From Lytechinus pictus (taxonomy: Eukaryota), in assembly GCF_037042905.1 (NCBI RefSeq), contig NC_087245.1, forward strand, positions 22,260,001-22,324,000: 64,000 bases of DNA, read 5' to 3'. Position numbers and translations under genes: made by a program. Each line of letters opens with the position of its first letter. Position 1 is the stretch's first letter. The notes beneath the pieces are model-generated. The model was not told the origin of the DNA and did no database searches. It saw nothing but the letters and a program-made list of their open reading frames with translations. Shown here piece after piece: positions 37,644 through 52,718 of this stretch.

Positions 37644-40589
37644 CAATTCCTCTCTTTCTTAATGGCTCTGACAAGGAGCAGTGCTGTATATGACACTCAT
37701 AAGGAGATAGGGAGAGAGTGCAATTCTATTTTGGAAGACAATCTAATGACTTTCCACTGCTCGCTTTGGAAAAGTGTATGCCATGTCTTTAATAAGGAGT
37801 CCTGCACAGCGCTTTTCACAGTGGTATCCTTCCATTCCCCAGCTGTTGTTTGCTGAAGTAAAACACTGAGCAGTCTCCTCAGTCAAAGCTTTTTTGTTAA
37901 GGTACCATAGAGGAGAAACAGACAGACTAACATTACCTACACACAACCAAAATAAATAATATTAGAATAAATTAATTCATAGATAGATACAACATTTACA
38001 AAGCCATTAATTTCTCAATGATGTAGACATAATGGCTGATAAAAATTACAGCATTACAGCAATATAATATATATATATATTGTCCAAAAATATATCAACG
38101 TTATATAAAATGAACCGAATGCTCTGTTGTGGTAACATTGCAAATCGATATGCATTCAAGTAAAAAAAAGAAAACAGTCTTGTATTCAAATGAATGCTTA
38201 AATGTGCCTTCGTCCTCTACCTGCATAAAGGGTACCTACTGAGAAAAAAAGGCTTATAGATTTCTCAAAATCTCTTCATTTTAATTATATATAATTATAT
38301 AGTTTGGTTTCTGTTTTTATTGTTAAATTAAGTCTATGAAACCATGGACAACAAAGGACTTCTTTTCATATTGCAATCTTTTGAACCAGACAGAGACAGA
38401 AAGAAAAAAGACAGAGTCAGAGAGAAAAAAAAAAGACAGAGAGCAAGAGAATTAAGGACAGCGAGAGTTTCAAAGAAAGGCAGAGAGAGAGAGAGAGAGG
38501 AAGAAAGAGAATATGAATTGCATAGCATTTTTTCTAGCTTATATAATGCTGTACACACAAGTATCAAACGCACCACAGTGAATACACAATATGCTGAATG
38601 CATAGCTATTAGCACGGGAATATTAAAATCAATATTTCACATAAAGTTGATCTAACATGTACGGCGAAACCTAAGTATATTTACCCATTTTACGGCCATA
38701 AGCACGGGAACTCAAAATAAATAACTTAAATAATTGATACATAAGGGTTACAAGAATACATTTGTTAAAGTTAAATTGTAAATAATATCGTAATTTCCAA
38801 ATTTCAAAGATAATCTCCATTTTTCACCAAAGTGAAACAAATCCAAAACATTTCTCAAATACACAAATTGTTAGCACTATTGCAATTTCAATATGACAGT
38901 AATATATAATTAATAATAAAACAAATCATTATGTATTGATTAGTCATGGTCAAAGTAACGCAACATAACTCGATGAACTTAAAGCATGAATATATTTTCA
39001 ACCAGCAGTTACGATAATTGTCTGTAAATTCACCTCAATTCTATTATATTCTTAGTAAAATGTGAAATGCAATACCCCAACCTCTTCCTCCATCCCTTCT
39101 CCTTCCCTCCTTTCTTGACACACCTAAATAATCAAATAAATTGCATGTGTTTTAACTAATTTTTACTTTATTCACAATTCATTAAGATTCATTTTATGCA
39201 AAATCACATCGACATATGTCTTGATTTTTCAAAAACAAAATAGATAATCCAGAAATCACAAGAGAAGTTTAAGAAGTGCAAATAGGCGTGTATTGCCCAT
39301 GTACAAACCTACAGTAATTACATAATTGGATCATATTAAGTAAAAAAAAACATAGGTTGGGGTTTAAACTTCCATTGTGAATTCAGACCAATTTTTTCCC
39401 CACAATTATAAAGTAGAATGCTTGAAATCAAACATACTCTCATATCATATGCAATAGCTTTATTTTATAATGCTATAATCATACAGAATAATCTAAATCA
39501 ATTTAGCCAAAATATACAAATATGCTCTTGACAACTATAATCTGCAAACATTTTCAAAGAAATAGCATTTAATATTAGGAATGATCTGTGACAAAGTATA
39601 AGAATAAAATAATTTTGAAATTTTCACTCACGTACACTAACCCAGATAAACAGAAAATGATGATGTGATTAGAGGTACTAAGCTTCAAAAAACCTTCGCA
39701 AATGATTTCTTTTGAAGAACAAAAAAAAAAGAATCAGTTTACCATCAAGCTAAACATTTGTCCTGCCAATTTCATCACAATATTAAGGCATCTCAACATA
39801 AATGTGCATGCCATGTGTTTTGGCGAGAATTCCAGTGAGCGTCTTTTTGCTTTTAATGCTATCATTGTAGCACAGTACACAAAGAATGGATAATGCATTA
39901 AAAGACACTGAGTAGAGTTCCTTCCAAAAGATGTAGCACAAACTTTCAATAAGATGCCTTTTAAATATTGGTGACACAGCAGAAATCAAAACAATTTCAT
40001 TTTTTAATTTAATTAGCAAAATTAACACATTTGAATTGAAGGTCAGTCTCATCTTCCAAACATTTAATTGCGCTTTTAAAAGTACTTGTTAATTATAAGT
40101 TGGAATTCAATTTCCAAAGGTAAAATTAGAAGACTGATGACGAACAGTTATAAAAAAATATACACTACCCTTTATGATAAATGTGGGTAACTCTTTTGAT
40201 TACGTAGCAGCAAAGTTATCAAGATTATTGGAAGACCTGTAGCTGGAGGAAACACCTTTCAAGTATATAAATACTTTCTCTGTGGAAGATATTTTGCTCA
40301 ACTGTATCAAATATCACGATTTAAGCAGCCATTCTAGGTTTATTTGTTAAATTCCAACATTCCATACAAGGTAGCATTCAAAGAATGTTGAACAATAATA
40401 GTTGAATAATATTTAAAAATTTTGTGTAAGAAAATTGACAGCATGCTACAAATTGTCTTTGTTCTTCAAGCTGAAAAATACCAAAAAAATCAAAACTTTT
40501 ATAGCTCAATAAAACTTCAAATTATTCTTTCATAAAAATGACAGTACTCCCTATTTAGTAATGGACTTGAGAATTAAAAAAATCACCAC

Positions 40590-40942
40590 TTAAACTGTGG
40601 TCTGTCTTGAATTATTATGTACATCGTCCATGCTTGAATGCGGCGGGATCTGACGATATATCCCGTTTGGAACAGTTCCGTTTTTCCTTATTCCTTCGGC
40701 GTGCCTGGCAGCGACCCTTGGTGACCCCACGGGAGGGGGCGGAGGTGGTCTGTAAGAGAAGAGCGCCCCCAGAAAGAAGAGGAGGGAGCCTACTTTAATG
40801 CATGCAGCTACGATGAGCATTGATTTGCTGAAGGTAGCGTTATTGTAGAGCCAGCATGTTCCTTGACCGTCGCATGAGTTCTCCCACAGCAGGCAGGCCT
40901 TGTCTATGATAGCTCCAAAGACTACAGGACCGGGAACAGTAC
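40590..40942 (-). CDS. SLCO last coding exon (TVPGPVVFGAIIDKACLLW...RQTTV*)
   Basis: cccag acceptor, TAA stop. Confidence 0.93.
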
Positions 40943-43900
40943 CTGGGGTAGTACAAAAAATATATTATCATACAAATAATCAAATAGAAGAACTAGGAGT
41001 TATAGTAGAGTAGTGGTAATAATATCAGTAGAAAGAGCAGAAGTAGCAGCAGTAGTAGAAGTAGTAGAACTCCTGGGTTTACATTTTGAGCTCACCAGAC
41101 AAATTTCCTTACATTACAGTTTATATTGGACCCTAAAGGGATTTGAGGGACTCTTGTTTATTTTTAAAGGGCTCTTTTAGGCTTTTCTGGGGTGAATTCA
41201 CCCCCAAACCCTCTTGATTTTTTCTGTGGTAGTAGTAGTAGTAGTCGTAGTAGGTAGTAGATGAAGTAGTAGTAGTCCTAGTAGGTAGTAGAAGACGAAG
41301 TAGTAGTCGTCGTAGTAGTCGTCATCGCAGTAGTAGTGGTAGAGGTGGTAGTAGGTGGTGGTGGTGGTGGTGGTAGTAGTAGTAGTAGTAGTCTCGTAGT
41401 AGTCGTAGTAGTCGTCGTAGTAGTATTAGTAGTAGCAGTAGAAGTAGTAGTAGTAGTACAAGTAGTGCATGAAATAGCACTGTCTGTCCATAGTTCTGAT
41501 CATCTAAACTCAGAGATACAGCTGCCTTCTCTAGTGCAATTTGAGTTCAAGAATGAGTCAATATTTTGGTTTTGAAAAGATTACTTCAACATTATCTCCT
41601 TCAGCTGGAGGTATCATATTTCATTATTATTCAAATCTGGTTCATGACTGATTAGTGCAGTATCATGTGACCCCAAAACAATATTATGGAATAAGTGCTC
41701 TTTAGTACCCGGCGTTTGTGTTAGTGCACTAGCTATCACATATATTTTTGTCCAAATAGTAAGCACACACATCATCTTCAAAATTATGCTGCAAAAACAG
41801 AGTACAAGTACAAGTGATTTTCAGGAATAAAAAAAAAGATCTTGTACATACTGAAATAAATGACTGATAACAAACTAGATCTGCACAACATACCTAAAGC
41901 TCGGTAGATTAATGACTGCAAACCAAGAGCGAATGACCTCTGTGAATGTGGAACACATCTGGAAAAAAATAAAAGAATTGTAAAATAAGATATAGGCTAC
42001 TTCCCCATGATTGATTTTTTGATAGAATAATTTTGAAACGAACAAGGGATAAAAAACTTTATACTTAGGCAATGGCATTAACATACAGATAAAAAAATGC
42101 ATTGGCATGGAAGAAGGTATCACATAATAACACAATTGATACATTTTTACCTAAATTATCAGCTTTCAAAGATGTTTCATTCAAGCCACAGTTGTGTTCA
42201 AGTGAGATTTTGTCTTTTGAAATACAAACAAAAATGCCAAAAGAGTGCATATTAAAAGGCAATTCTGCACTCGAAACCACTGTCATTATAATTGCTTTAT
42301 AAAATGGGACCCAGGCATGGCAGGGGTGGGACACAGGGAGCACTAATCCATGTGAGTGGTGATTACCTTTTTTTTTTTGCTTCTCTATTTTTTTTCAACT
42401 TTATTTTTTATTAATCCAGAATCCATACCTGGACTTTCTGGATTTAAAATATGCTGATGCTGATTGCACAACTTTTTTTTTCTTTCTTTCCTTTCTATTC
42501 AAGAGAATAAAAAAGAACCTTTATTTCATAATGTAAACAAAAACGAATCAAATAATTTCACATAACTCTTTTACATGCATTAGCTGATTGCACAACTTTA
42601 CAATCTACTCATCTTGCTACAGAAATGAGGACTGCCATACTTTAAAAAATTATCCGACAGCAAAATTATGCTCCATATTCCAGTCGATAGTAATATAAGG
42701 GTAAATATCATGCGTAACTCCGCGATTGCCTTTTACGAACCATCCCTGGAGTTTTACTTACCTCAATGTGGCTGTAGTGGAAGGTACTACGGCAAGGATT
42801 GTGAAGAATTCAATACAGAAGAGGAGTGCAAGAAAGACATTGGTCCAGCCGCAAGACGAGTCACACTTTCCCAACGTGGCCATCGGCAGGTCCGACGTGA
42901 AGTTATCGGGAATCGCGATGCAGCTGCAGTTGCCATACCCCTGATGATAGGAGAAAGAGAGTGAAGCGATTCAGAATAAGTTCTTCTTCTAGGGTACTAC
43001 CCAATTATCAAGTTTAAGAGCCAACTTGGCAAGGAGTGTCTTAATGTTGGTGGCATGGACATGAGAGAGAAGATATGCATCATTAGTTTCTGTCTTGGCT
43101 TTTAAAGTTGTTTTTATGGTTTCTGTAATTTTGTGATGCTTTGCTATTGGTTGTGAATGTTAAGGAATTTCCATTGGGAATTCGATCATTTGCTTAAAAA
43201 TCTATCTACAGTAAATGGGCTAAGTAAACCATTTGAACATGTGAAGTTACCTTACTTTCAGCTGAACTCAAGCTATATCCTGAAAGTATTTTACTGTAAT
43301 TCATAAACCCTTTAAGATCAACGACAGTGGTTGGAAAGTGTCCCCCAGCCATCACAGCAATGAGAAATCAATAAAGGCTTGGAATAGTTACTCCGAGAGA
43401 GTATTATTATGAATTTGTGCGAAGAGCGGTTACTTCTCACCAAATCTTTTGAACTGTCCAGCGCGACAAGCTGAAGAGTTGATGTTATCTACTACCTACA
43501 TGAGTGTTAACAGTAACATAAAGGTTAGTGATTGATCATAGACTGATTTTTAATGATTTATTGCACATGATTATCAATGCAATCCATCATAAAACATTTC
43601 TATGATTGATCGCAAATTGTGTTAAGGGGTCCTAGGTGATTTGACATTGTTTGTATAAGATTATCAATGCATGAAAATATTTCTTATGATCAATCATAGA
43701 TTATGTAACCAGGTCCTAAGATTTACTTCTTACCTCTTCTTCCCAGCTATCCACACAGCCAGCATGACAGGCCGAGTAATAGATGATGTTATCTACCCCA
43801 CATATTGGTTGAAACATACTGTCACAGAAACAATCTCCATTGCAAGTGTGTTCCAATTCAGTTCCTCTTGACGTCACATCAACATCTCTGAAAGAGAAAG

Positions 43901-46900
43901 CATTAACATTAATTCCAGTAGTGGTAATGATCCCAAAACTAAAGATTTTTTTTTAGTTGATTTTCATTATTCTGTACTATTTAGTTAGCTTAAACTACAC
44001 TGAAAGTAAGATCTTTAAAATACTACATTGGCTTACTTTGTTTTGAAGGCATTGTCTAAAAAAGTATCACTCAATGCAAATATTTGAATTTAATCTTTAT
44101 TAGCTCAATGTCGAACAAAATAATAAAACCTCCTTGTAACCGTGCATTATGTGATACTTTTCCGACTGGAATCTGTGGCATATTAAGTACAAAAGGATAT
44201 AGCACCACATTTGCAAATATAGAGAAACATAATCAATAGATTCTGCAGTGCATGTAGTAACATCACAATGATAAATATTTATTTGATGTTTGATGGTTTT
44301 AATATCTAAACAAATATAAAATAAATATGAAAAAAGTCTCACATTTCCCCATATTCGACAGTAACACCAGCAATATTAGGGTTTGGGCAGCTGATGATGA
44401 ATGCTCCAAGGAAGAAGAAAGAGATGGTCAGAACTAGAAGACACCACTTGATCATCCCTTGGAACTTAAGATTGAACTTCTTGACCACATATCCACCAAT
44501 GATGGAGCCCCCTACGGCTGCTGGGATGACAGTAAAACCTTAGAGGAGACAGTAAAAAAAAACAGTAAAAAAGAGATTATATTGTTAATAGGTAAAATAA
44601 GTAGGAGTTAAGTCTGATTTTACGATTTCAATCATTTTCTCAAGACAGTTATCTCTAATATATGAAAGGGAAACATTTCTTTGATGGCATACTAATACTA
44701 AAATCCTCTGACATACTAAAGCCATTTCGTCAGTCAGAGTAAATTTAAACAGCGCCATCTCAAGACCTAACCTGCATTTTTATCCAGGATGCTAAATTAA
44801 AGGTCAAGTCCACCCCAGAAAAATGTTGATTTGAATAAATAGAGAAAAATCAAAGTAGCAAAATGCTGAAAATTTCATCAAAATCGGATGTAAAATAAGA
44901 AAGTTATGACATTTTAAAGTTTTGCTTATCTTTCACAAAACAGTGATATGTACAACTCAAATGACACAGTCAATGATGTCCATCACTATTTCTTTTGTTT
45001 TTTCTTGTTTGAATTATGCAATATTTCATTTTTTATAGATTTGACAATAAGGACCAACTTGACTGAATCATATAGTGTTAATCAATGCTGATTCCACATG
45101 TTCTGGGAGGAATTAATCGTTGTTTCACTCGACAATGAGGAGAAAAATAGAATATTCCCTATTTCATATAATAAAATACAAAAGAAATAGTGAGTAGATG
45201 ACGTCATCAGTCTCCTCATTTGCATACCCATCAGGATGTGCATATAACTGCTTTGTGAAATTAAGCAAAACTTTAAAATGTCATAACTTTCTTATTTTAC
45301 ATCCGATTTTGAAGAAATTTTCAGTGTTATGCTTGGTGGATTTTTCTTTTTTTATTCAAATCAACTTTTTGTTGGGGTGGACTTGTCCTTTAACAATATA
45401 TTTCTACCAGTAAATGTTTGATGAAAGATTTTTCTCAAGTCTGTCCTAATGTACATAAGGTTATTGCAGGGGATCCACTGCATTCTGAGGTTATTTTGTG
45501 AAAAATGAAAAATATAATAAATTAATCTGTTTGTGGCATTGATCTATGTTAAGATAAAACCCAGAAAGCAAAGGACTTTCAGTTTTCATTTTTTATACAT
45601 TATATAACATGTTTGCAATGACTATTCGTAAGTTCTTGCAGTTTAAAGTTCATTTAAATTATCAAACACATCTTACATCTTTTATCTTTATTCTAAATTC
45701 AACCTTTTTTACATAGGATTTTAGCGCAATACTGCAAAGTCTTTTATATGCCTGTTTAGTGTTTAGACAATTTTTCTTTAAAATGGGGGTCAAGAAATGA
45801 ATTTCTACAGTTAAAGTTGCTGTAATATATGTGATTGTTAGACAACTTTCCCCAGCCCTTCCTACTTCCAATGGTAACTCAGGTGGTTCCTTTTCACTTG
45901 ACAAGGACTCAATCCTGTCAATAAAAATAGATTGAGTGCAAGGATCTCATGGTTTCTCAACCATGTAAGCATTCTGTGATTAATACAGGATTATGAACAG
46001 AATATAAAAAAGGTGAAAAGCTTTATAAGGCTTTGGGGGATTTTATCATATTTAAGGGAACCATGTGACACACAAACTGCATTTCTGATTGCATATAATT
46101 GGATCCAATTCACAATAAAATGTCATTCTTTTTTAAATGCCAGAGGCACTATCCAAAGTCTGTATATCTCAGACAAAACATTTATATTTCCAAACTGTTC
46201 ATGTTCTTTTGACAGAAGTCATAATGATGCTGGCTGGCACTGCCTTGCAGACTTATAAGTCCTCCACGGGAAAAGAAGAAGGATCAATACAAACATTCCA
46301 ATCCCGAAAATTGGGCTTCTCATAAATCTTGAATAATCACCCGTATTTCAATCTCTATTTAATTGGCAATTATGTCTTAATGTGGAAATTACCCTGCAAA
46401 AACGCAAAGCTATTTATCTGCCTCTTCAACCATTCGCAGGCGTAATTATGAATACTTAGAAACATACTGCACATGAGAGCTTTTTCTTTATGGAACTTTA
46501 CAGCGCTCCATTAGTGGTCTTTAGTCGGTTATCAAAAGAAGAGGAATGGTATTCACATCATTCTAATGCACTTTACATGAGAAAAAAGTGCTGTTATCAG
46601 CGGAGATGAGGGAAGCCGGAACATCTCTCCCTCAAAGTACTAAAGCTTTGATGAGAAAATGGACTTGGAAATTGCGATTGCCTATTTTCTCTGAAATGAA
46701 CTGCTGCTCATATTATCTCATCAAGATAGCTGGATATCAACTCATTGCTAAACTACATCATCTTAACGTTCTGCTGATCACACAAAAGCAGGGTATGCTT
46801 CTCCTGTTTCCTTTAATATAACTCAGGAATAAACAAAATAAAAGAAGTCTTCTATCATTCTGAGAATTGTTTCTTTTTGTTACTGTTTCTTGATTCCTTG

Positions 46901-49900
46901 GCAGTGCGCAGGCACATGGGGACAAAGTGGGCTATTCAACAATTCAAACAAGGTGAATGCAAAACAAAGTATATTGAAATGAAAAGAGTATGGAATATAA
47001 ACTCTGTAAGCCTTAAAAAATGCTAAGCACAACATGTCAGGTTCATTGAAATTCAGAGGAATGGAATCAGAAGCATAAAGGATGCCCTCTAAACCTTGGA
47101 CAAGTCTACCTATGATTCTGCCTGTTTCTCATCACTCACTTTAGCTACATCAAAGTCATATTTACAGCCTTTCACCATGATTTATGAGGCTTTCTTCTAT
47201 TCCTAGGATCCTCCTAACTTTGATTTATCGTTTATATGATTGGTACCTGAATTTCCACAGAAATTGGTTTCAAGGAATACTTGTATTTTATTGCTTTCTA
47301 CCTAGACTAGGTCACCAATGACCATGTTCTCAGTTGACAACAATAGGAAGGTCTTCATCAGCCTGAGTTTTCCTAAATCCTCAAGATACTAACCAAACTT
47401 TCCCTCTTCAAGAATAAGTTTTTATACATGTATGCAAGAAACTCCATCATTTTGAGAGCATAATGTGAACTTGGGTTATAAAATATGCACATATCGTGCT
47501 CAACATTTGAGAGTCTATTATGGTACTATGGATACCATCCCAAGATAAACCAAATCATGTTTTTAAGTTGAAAATTAGGTGGATAGTTTACCAAATGGCA
47601 TGAAATCTCACCAAAAAAAAAAACTGAAGTTGGTGTAAAATTGTAATTTTGAGTAGAATCTACATTATAAATTGAAAGGGGATCCAATGTCAGACAGCAA
47701 CGATTAAAAAATCAGACCGTTAATCAACCAAAATCATCACAGAATTGTCAATTGACAGTCAGTAATGTTAGAATACCTGTATCAATACTATCTGTACAAT
47801 CCTACCCAATAATCTTTGTGTCTTAGTCTTACACTAAATAAAGAGAGTTTTGAACGGGATATATTTGCCAGCCGAGACCTGTAGAATAATTCATAAGTCA
47901 GGTTGATGGAGAAGTGCCTAATATTTCCGATGCAATCTAATATAACCAAAGGTGACATACAATTGCTACGGTCATCAGGGGAACGGACTTGAAAAACATT
48001 TTTCATTGAGTTATCATATTTGACAAATGACACAATCAAAAGCGTACAGCTGCTAAATTCAATTAGGAGTTCAACAGAACAAATTCATCACCTAAAAACA
48101 GCCCCTCCTTTTCTTTATTTAATTGTTACTATATTTCAAGCATTTGTTCTCTTATCTAATTCCAATTTCTACATTCATAATAACAAACACCCCCTGTTTA
48201 ATCTGAATGACACAAGTGTAATTGTGATTAGATACTCTGTCAAACATTTCGACAAGAAAATATATTTTTGGATTTGAAAAAAAAAAAAAAAAACATGGAT
48301 ACAGGTGCATTGGCCTTACAAGGTTGAAAGTGATTTAAAATAAAAAGGCAATTATGCCAGAGAAATAGAACTCTAGTTAACTTGATGCCAACTTGATTAA
48401 AATGAAATATTGCGTTGTTTATATCAATTTAATAGTCTAGGAGTGGGGTGGGAAGATAAGAATAGGGGAAACGAAACATGGGGTCATGTAAGCAGACAAA
48501 AGAAGGGGGGAGAATGATGGAATTTGGGGATAATAGAAGGCTGAACAATCACACTTCATGAAACAAAATGGACAATGAAGAGAGAGAGAATTTCCACGAG
48601 TGAGGGATGAGAAGTTTTTGTTTTTTGGGATTCAATATTTTTTTTTAGTTCAGCTATAAAATATTGAAAAGAAAATTACAAGAGAATGCTAAGACAACTG
48701 TTACTGGATAATTGGGTGATTTGTCATCAAAAGAGTAGGCAGACTATAAAAACTAGAACTATCACTAAAATGCAGATGCTTCAGATCCCTCCTAGGGGAG
48801 ACTGAACCAGGCAAATGGAACTAGGAAGGTTCGAAGATGTTTAAACTTGAACTGTTTACCTGAGAAGCTCTCATAAATAAGTCTAATGGGAATGCAACTA
48901 CAGAGCCGAAGGTGCTTGAGTGTTTGATAAATCTTTCTCTGACTCTGAAGGTTACGTGATTTAATAGGACCGTGTGTAAAGCTGACAAGGGCATGTGTAG
49001 GTGAAACTTTACAAGAAACACCAGCTGAGCCATGACTGGCTGAAGAGACAGAAAACAGAATTGATCTCTTTCTTTCACACAGGTTGAACTTGATGTAATA
49101 TGGACACCTAATACTGCAAGCAGTCATGAAGCTCATATTACCATACTTACTTTAACAATTGAAACATCATCAAACTTGTTGTTATTGCTTCAGCAAAGGT
49201 TCGCTTCTCAACAACAGACTAGATCTGTCTATTTACATTGGAAATTAGAAACACCAAGGTAATTACATAAATAATGTTACCTAACCAATAGACAGGGCCC
49301 ATGGGTTCGGCTGAGACAACGATCTTGACTTATTAATTAAAATGAAAGAATATTTGGAAGAGTAATCAAGGAAAAGATGAAATCTTCCCCTGTCTCCAGG
49401 CCTCAATGCATCACAAACCCATCATTACTAGAATTTCCAAATATAGATTCCACTACACCTGTGTCCCTGAGTTTGGAATTATTCCAAATATCTTTCATAT
49501 TTTCAGTTTTAACTTGATGGTGCTTGGTGGTGGGAGACTGTAATTTGTGAAAATTGCTATTACTCAACGAGAATAAACGGCACCACAACTGCCATCAGAA
49601 ATTTTCTCTTTGCTTCCCCATCTGTTATCAGCTATCACAAACGATTCATTCTACCAAAAATAGACAAACAGAACAAAAGAGGTCGCTAACACCAGCCGTG
49701 ATGTCATTTTAATGGGTGGTGAATTGTTAAAAAAGATCGGTTGGTCCAATTCCCTGAACAACTGCTCCCCATGCAATATCGTATGAACCGTAAATTATGA
49801 TCGGGGTATGGGATAGGCCAGACGTGAATCCATTAGTTACAGGCACAGATCATTGATGGAGAGGTATTTTGCTATTAATGATGCAGAATAATCATCATCT

Positions 49901-52718
49901 TAAACAACTCCACAGATTAATCAGGAACAAACTTGAGTAGCTTCACGTTCTAATTCAAAGTGTCACCAGGGAAATACACAAAACAACGGGGCATGATGGC
50001 ATTCTACAACAGCTGTTGGATTTTACTAAACAACTGTAGAAGCTGATAATCTAGGACTGCTATGAGTAACGTAGGAGAATGGTTGTCATCGGGACAACTG
50101 ATTCATTGTAAAGTCTTTCCAGAAAATGTATGTAATCTTCCCAACAAATCCAACGCATGTAAAGTTATAAGAGACTTGGCCGATAATGGTGAATCGTCAT
50201 TACGCTGTTGCTTTAAATGGAAGCTTTGACTTGTCAGAATTAATAACCACGAGTTAAAAATCAGGTCAGCAATTGTTTTAGAAAGTTACAACAAGTTATA
50301 ATTCCCTCTTCCTGAATATTAATCATCTCTACCAGAAAGATCTACCCTCAAACGTATGAATGCATTTCATTGATACTTTTTTATCGTTATCATTATTATC
50401 ATTGCTATTATTTATTTTATTTATTCAGTTGTCTTTTTAATCATCTACTCCATGAATCTAATAGTCATTATTATAAATGTTACTATAATCATTTCTATTA
50501 TTCATCTATATTTATTTAGTTATCTAGTGGTCAATTTTCATCTTGTATGGCAAATTCTAATGTATTTCCAATAAAAAAAATGATTTTCAAAAACAGAAAA
50601 AGAAATCTTCTTGTTGTCCAGAAGATCATTTTGTCTCCTTCATGGTGACAGAAAGTTGCTAGTTTGATTGTCCAGTTTTCCAGAGCAGTGTTCCCAGGAA
50701 GAATTTTTAGGGGCTAGTGGGGTATTTCACAATTTAATGGTAACTTAGAGTAATTCTTTAAACGCAAACATGATATTCAATGCATAACCTCATTGGTTAA
50801 TATGTGGTAGAGCGCATTCCGTTAGCATGATCGGCTCAATGTGATGATTGAGAACACAACACAGGCAACTAAATGTGACTTTAAGTCATATTTAACACTA
50901 ATTGAAACAGCCCAAGGTCCCTTCATAGTATTTTGACCAACACTATATCCCCCAAAAGATCTGAGAACTCACCGACTAACAGAGCTGCCCAGCTGGATGA
51001 CAGACTAAACTGTGATTCTAGGAACTTGGGTGCAAAGACTGCGAACCCTGCCAGTAGGAACCATTCGGTGGCAGCGGCACCACAGATGCACATGAAAGGA
51101 ACATTCTTTACCAGGACAAGGGTAGCCTTGGGAAAGTCCCTGAGGCTGTTGCCAAAGCCCTCTCTGGTAGAGAATTCAGCTCCCTTGTGGGCCTCGTTGA
51201 CCCGCTCTTTTGCCAGATGATGTTGACCTGCAGGAAAATCGGTAATGTGTATGTCTAAGTCAGGTATTTAAAAGAACTTACTGTTACTAAATGTTCAAGG
51301 TCGAGGAGCCAGCAGAATTGATTTTGCCATATTTACATAAAACCAGGATATTTCAAGCCCAGTAAGTTTTGGGTTGATAGAGGACCTTTCAAATGAATTT
51401 CTTTTTAAAGACACAATTCCTACTCACCAGGATTTAACCCAAGGAATGTCTGACTGGGAATGAAAGGAGAAACTTAGGCTTCACCTTCTTACTACTCCTC
51501 ACCACTCTGATTACGAATCTTAAGATGGACACTGTTCAATTCATATAGCAAATATATCATTATATATATTTTTGCAATTTTTAAGACTTAATTGATTTGT
51601 ATAGTCAAATAAGATGTTTTTACATTGAACAAAGATATACACAAACATTCAACTCCATTTTACAGACATTATCTAACAAGGGCCTCAAGGGCAAGTTCAC
51701 TTGATTCAACTTCAATATTTGTTATGAAATATCAATGAACTGTGTGTATTATTTTGAATATGTATTTGCACTGTTACTTCGATTATATCATTTTTTTTAA
51801 ACGGAAATAAATAAATCTAATCTATTACCCCCCCCCCAAAAAAAAAACTTATTATTCAGCTGATCTCAATTCCTTTGTTTCAATTACACAATTGGAGACC
51901 AATCACAGTTTGAGTTCAATTTGAATTGACCACAATGTAAAATCGCCCCTGGGATCTTATGAAGATGTGAAGTCATTATCACTGACCTTTGACCTCATAT
52001 TTCACTGACTAACTGACCATTGGAGAAAGTACTCGGGAGTGTTTCATAAAGCAAAAAGTTGGTAATTTTCCCTGCCTATTGTTGTAAGCTACTGAAATCC
52101 TTGTATCTGATTGGCCGAGAGCAAATTAGTCAGTGAAAATCACTGGTAAAACTTTTCATAAAATACTGATCAATGTCTGCAGTTCCCTATGGCTTAATTC
52201 ATATAGGGATTAGACACCTTCTACCATAGAATCGATTCTGCATGATGTGTTAATTGAATTTTACCATTTCCCTGTCACCACACTTAACACAAGAATATTT
52301 AAATGATGGTCTTAAATCACACTCAATGCCAAGTGATATTGCTATATCCACCAAGTGTGTCAAATTCTAAACAAATGATGTCAACTTTATGGTAAATTTA
52401 TCATAATCAAAGACCCCCAATCTTAACCACCTATGTCGTTATGTGTATTTCAGGGAAGCATTTCACGAAACAAGTAGTGATATTCACATTGGCTATTGTT
52501 ATAAGCTACTGAAATCCTTGCATCTGATTGGCTCAGAACACTGACAAGATGCTTCTTGAAACAAGGGTCTTTAGAGATCTGTCCTTATTCACTCACCTGG
52601 AAGAGACTTTGGGAATGCAAGAAATGGAATGATGATACTAAGAGCCAGGAAAGCAGTAAGAATAAAACCCATCCACCAGGCTCCGACAAAGAGGGGGCTT
52701 TCTGGATCCAGACCAAGG
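40590..52718 (-). CDS. Solute carrier organic anion transporter (SLCO/OATP, SLCO4-like), 3' part; exons 52718-52597, 51227-50973, 44538-44343, 43887-43734, 42940-42762, 41958-41894, 40942-40590
   Basis: All phases join. Motifs FVGAWWMGF, PKFLESQF, Kazal-type loop C.C...FQPICG..NIIYYSACHAGC, LRCVP..QRSFALGLQ, GTVPGPVVFGAIID.AC..W...C...G.C..Y; C-terminal QTTV. Confidence 0.93.
41229..41466. repeat. (GTA/GTC/GGT)n microsatellite
   Basis: Direct observation. Confidence 0.9.
41894..41958 (-). CDS. SLCO exon (CVPHSQRSFALGLQSLIYRAL)
   Basis: tccag/gtatgt boundaries. Confidence 0.93.
42762..42940 (-). CDS. SLCO exon (GYGNCSCI...GKCDSSC...TATL)
   Basis: atcag/gtaagt boundaries. Confidence 0.93.
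43734..43887 (-). CDS. SLCO exon, Kazal-like extracellular loop
   Basis: CNGDCFCDSMFQPICGVDNIIYYSACHAGC; ttcag/gtaaga boundaries. Confidence 0.93.
44343..44538 (-). CDS. SLCO exon (FTVIPAAVGGSIIGGYVVKKF...CPNPNIAGVTVEYGE)
   Basis: ctaag/gtgaga boundaries, two TM helices. Confidence 0.93.
44801..45389. mobile_element. Kolobok-like MITE (TTAA TSD, AGG...CCT termini, ~130-bp imperfect TIR)
   Basis: ttaa|aggtcaagtccacccc ... ggggtggacttgtcct|ttaa. Confidence 0.88.
50973..51227 (-). CDS. SLCO exon (QHHLAKERVNEAH...PKFLESQFSLSSSWAALLV)
   Basis: ctgcag/gtgagt boundaries, open frame. Confidence 0.93.
52597..52718 (-). CDS. SLCO exon (LGLDPESPLFVGAWWMGF...FPKSLP)
   Basis: OATP signature GAWW.GF; cacag/gtgagt boundaries. 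Confidence 0.93.

Noticed and set aside
37690..37946. Possible extra minus-strand exon
   Set aside because: Short open frames with no recognisable homology or convincing splice pair.
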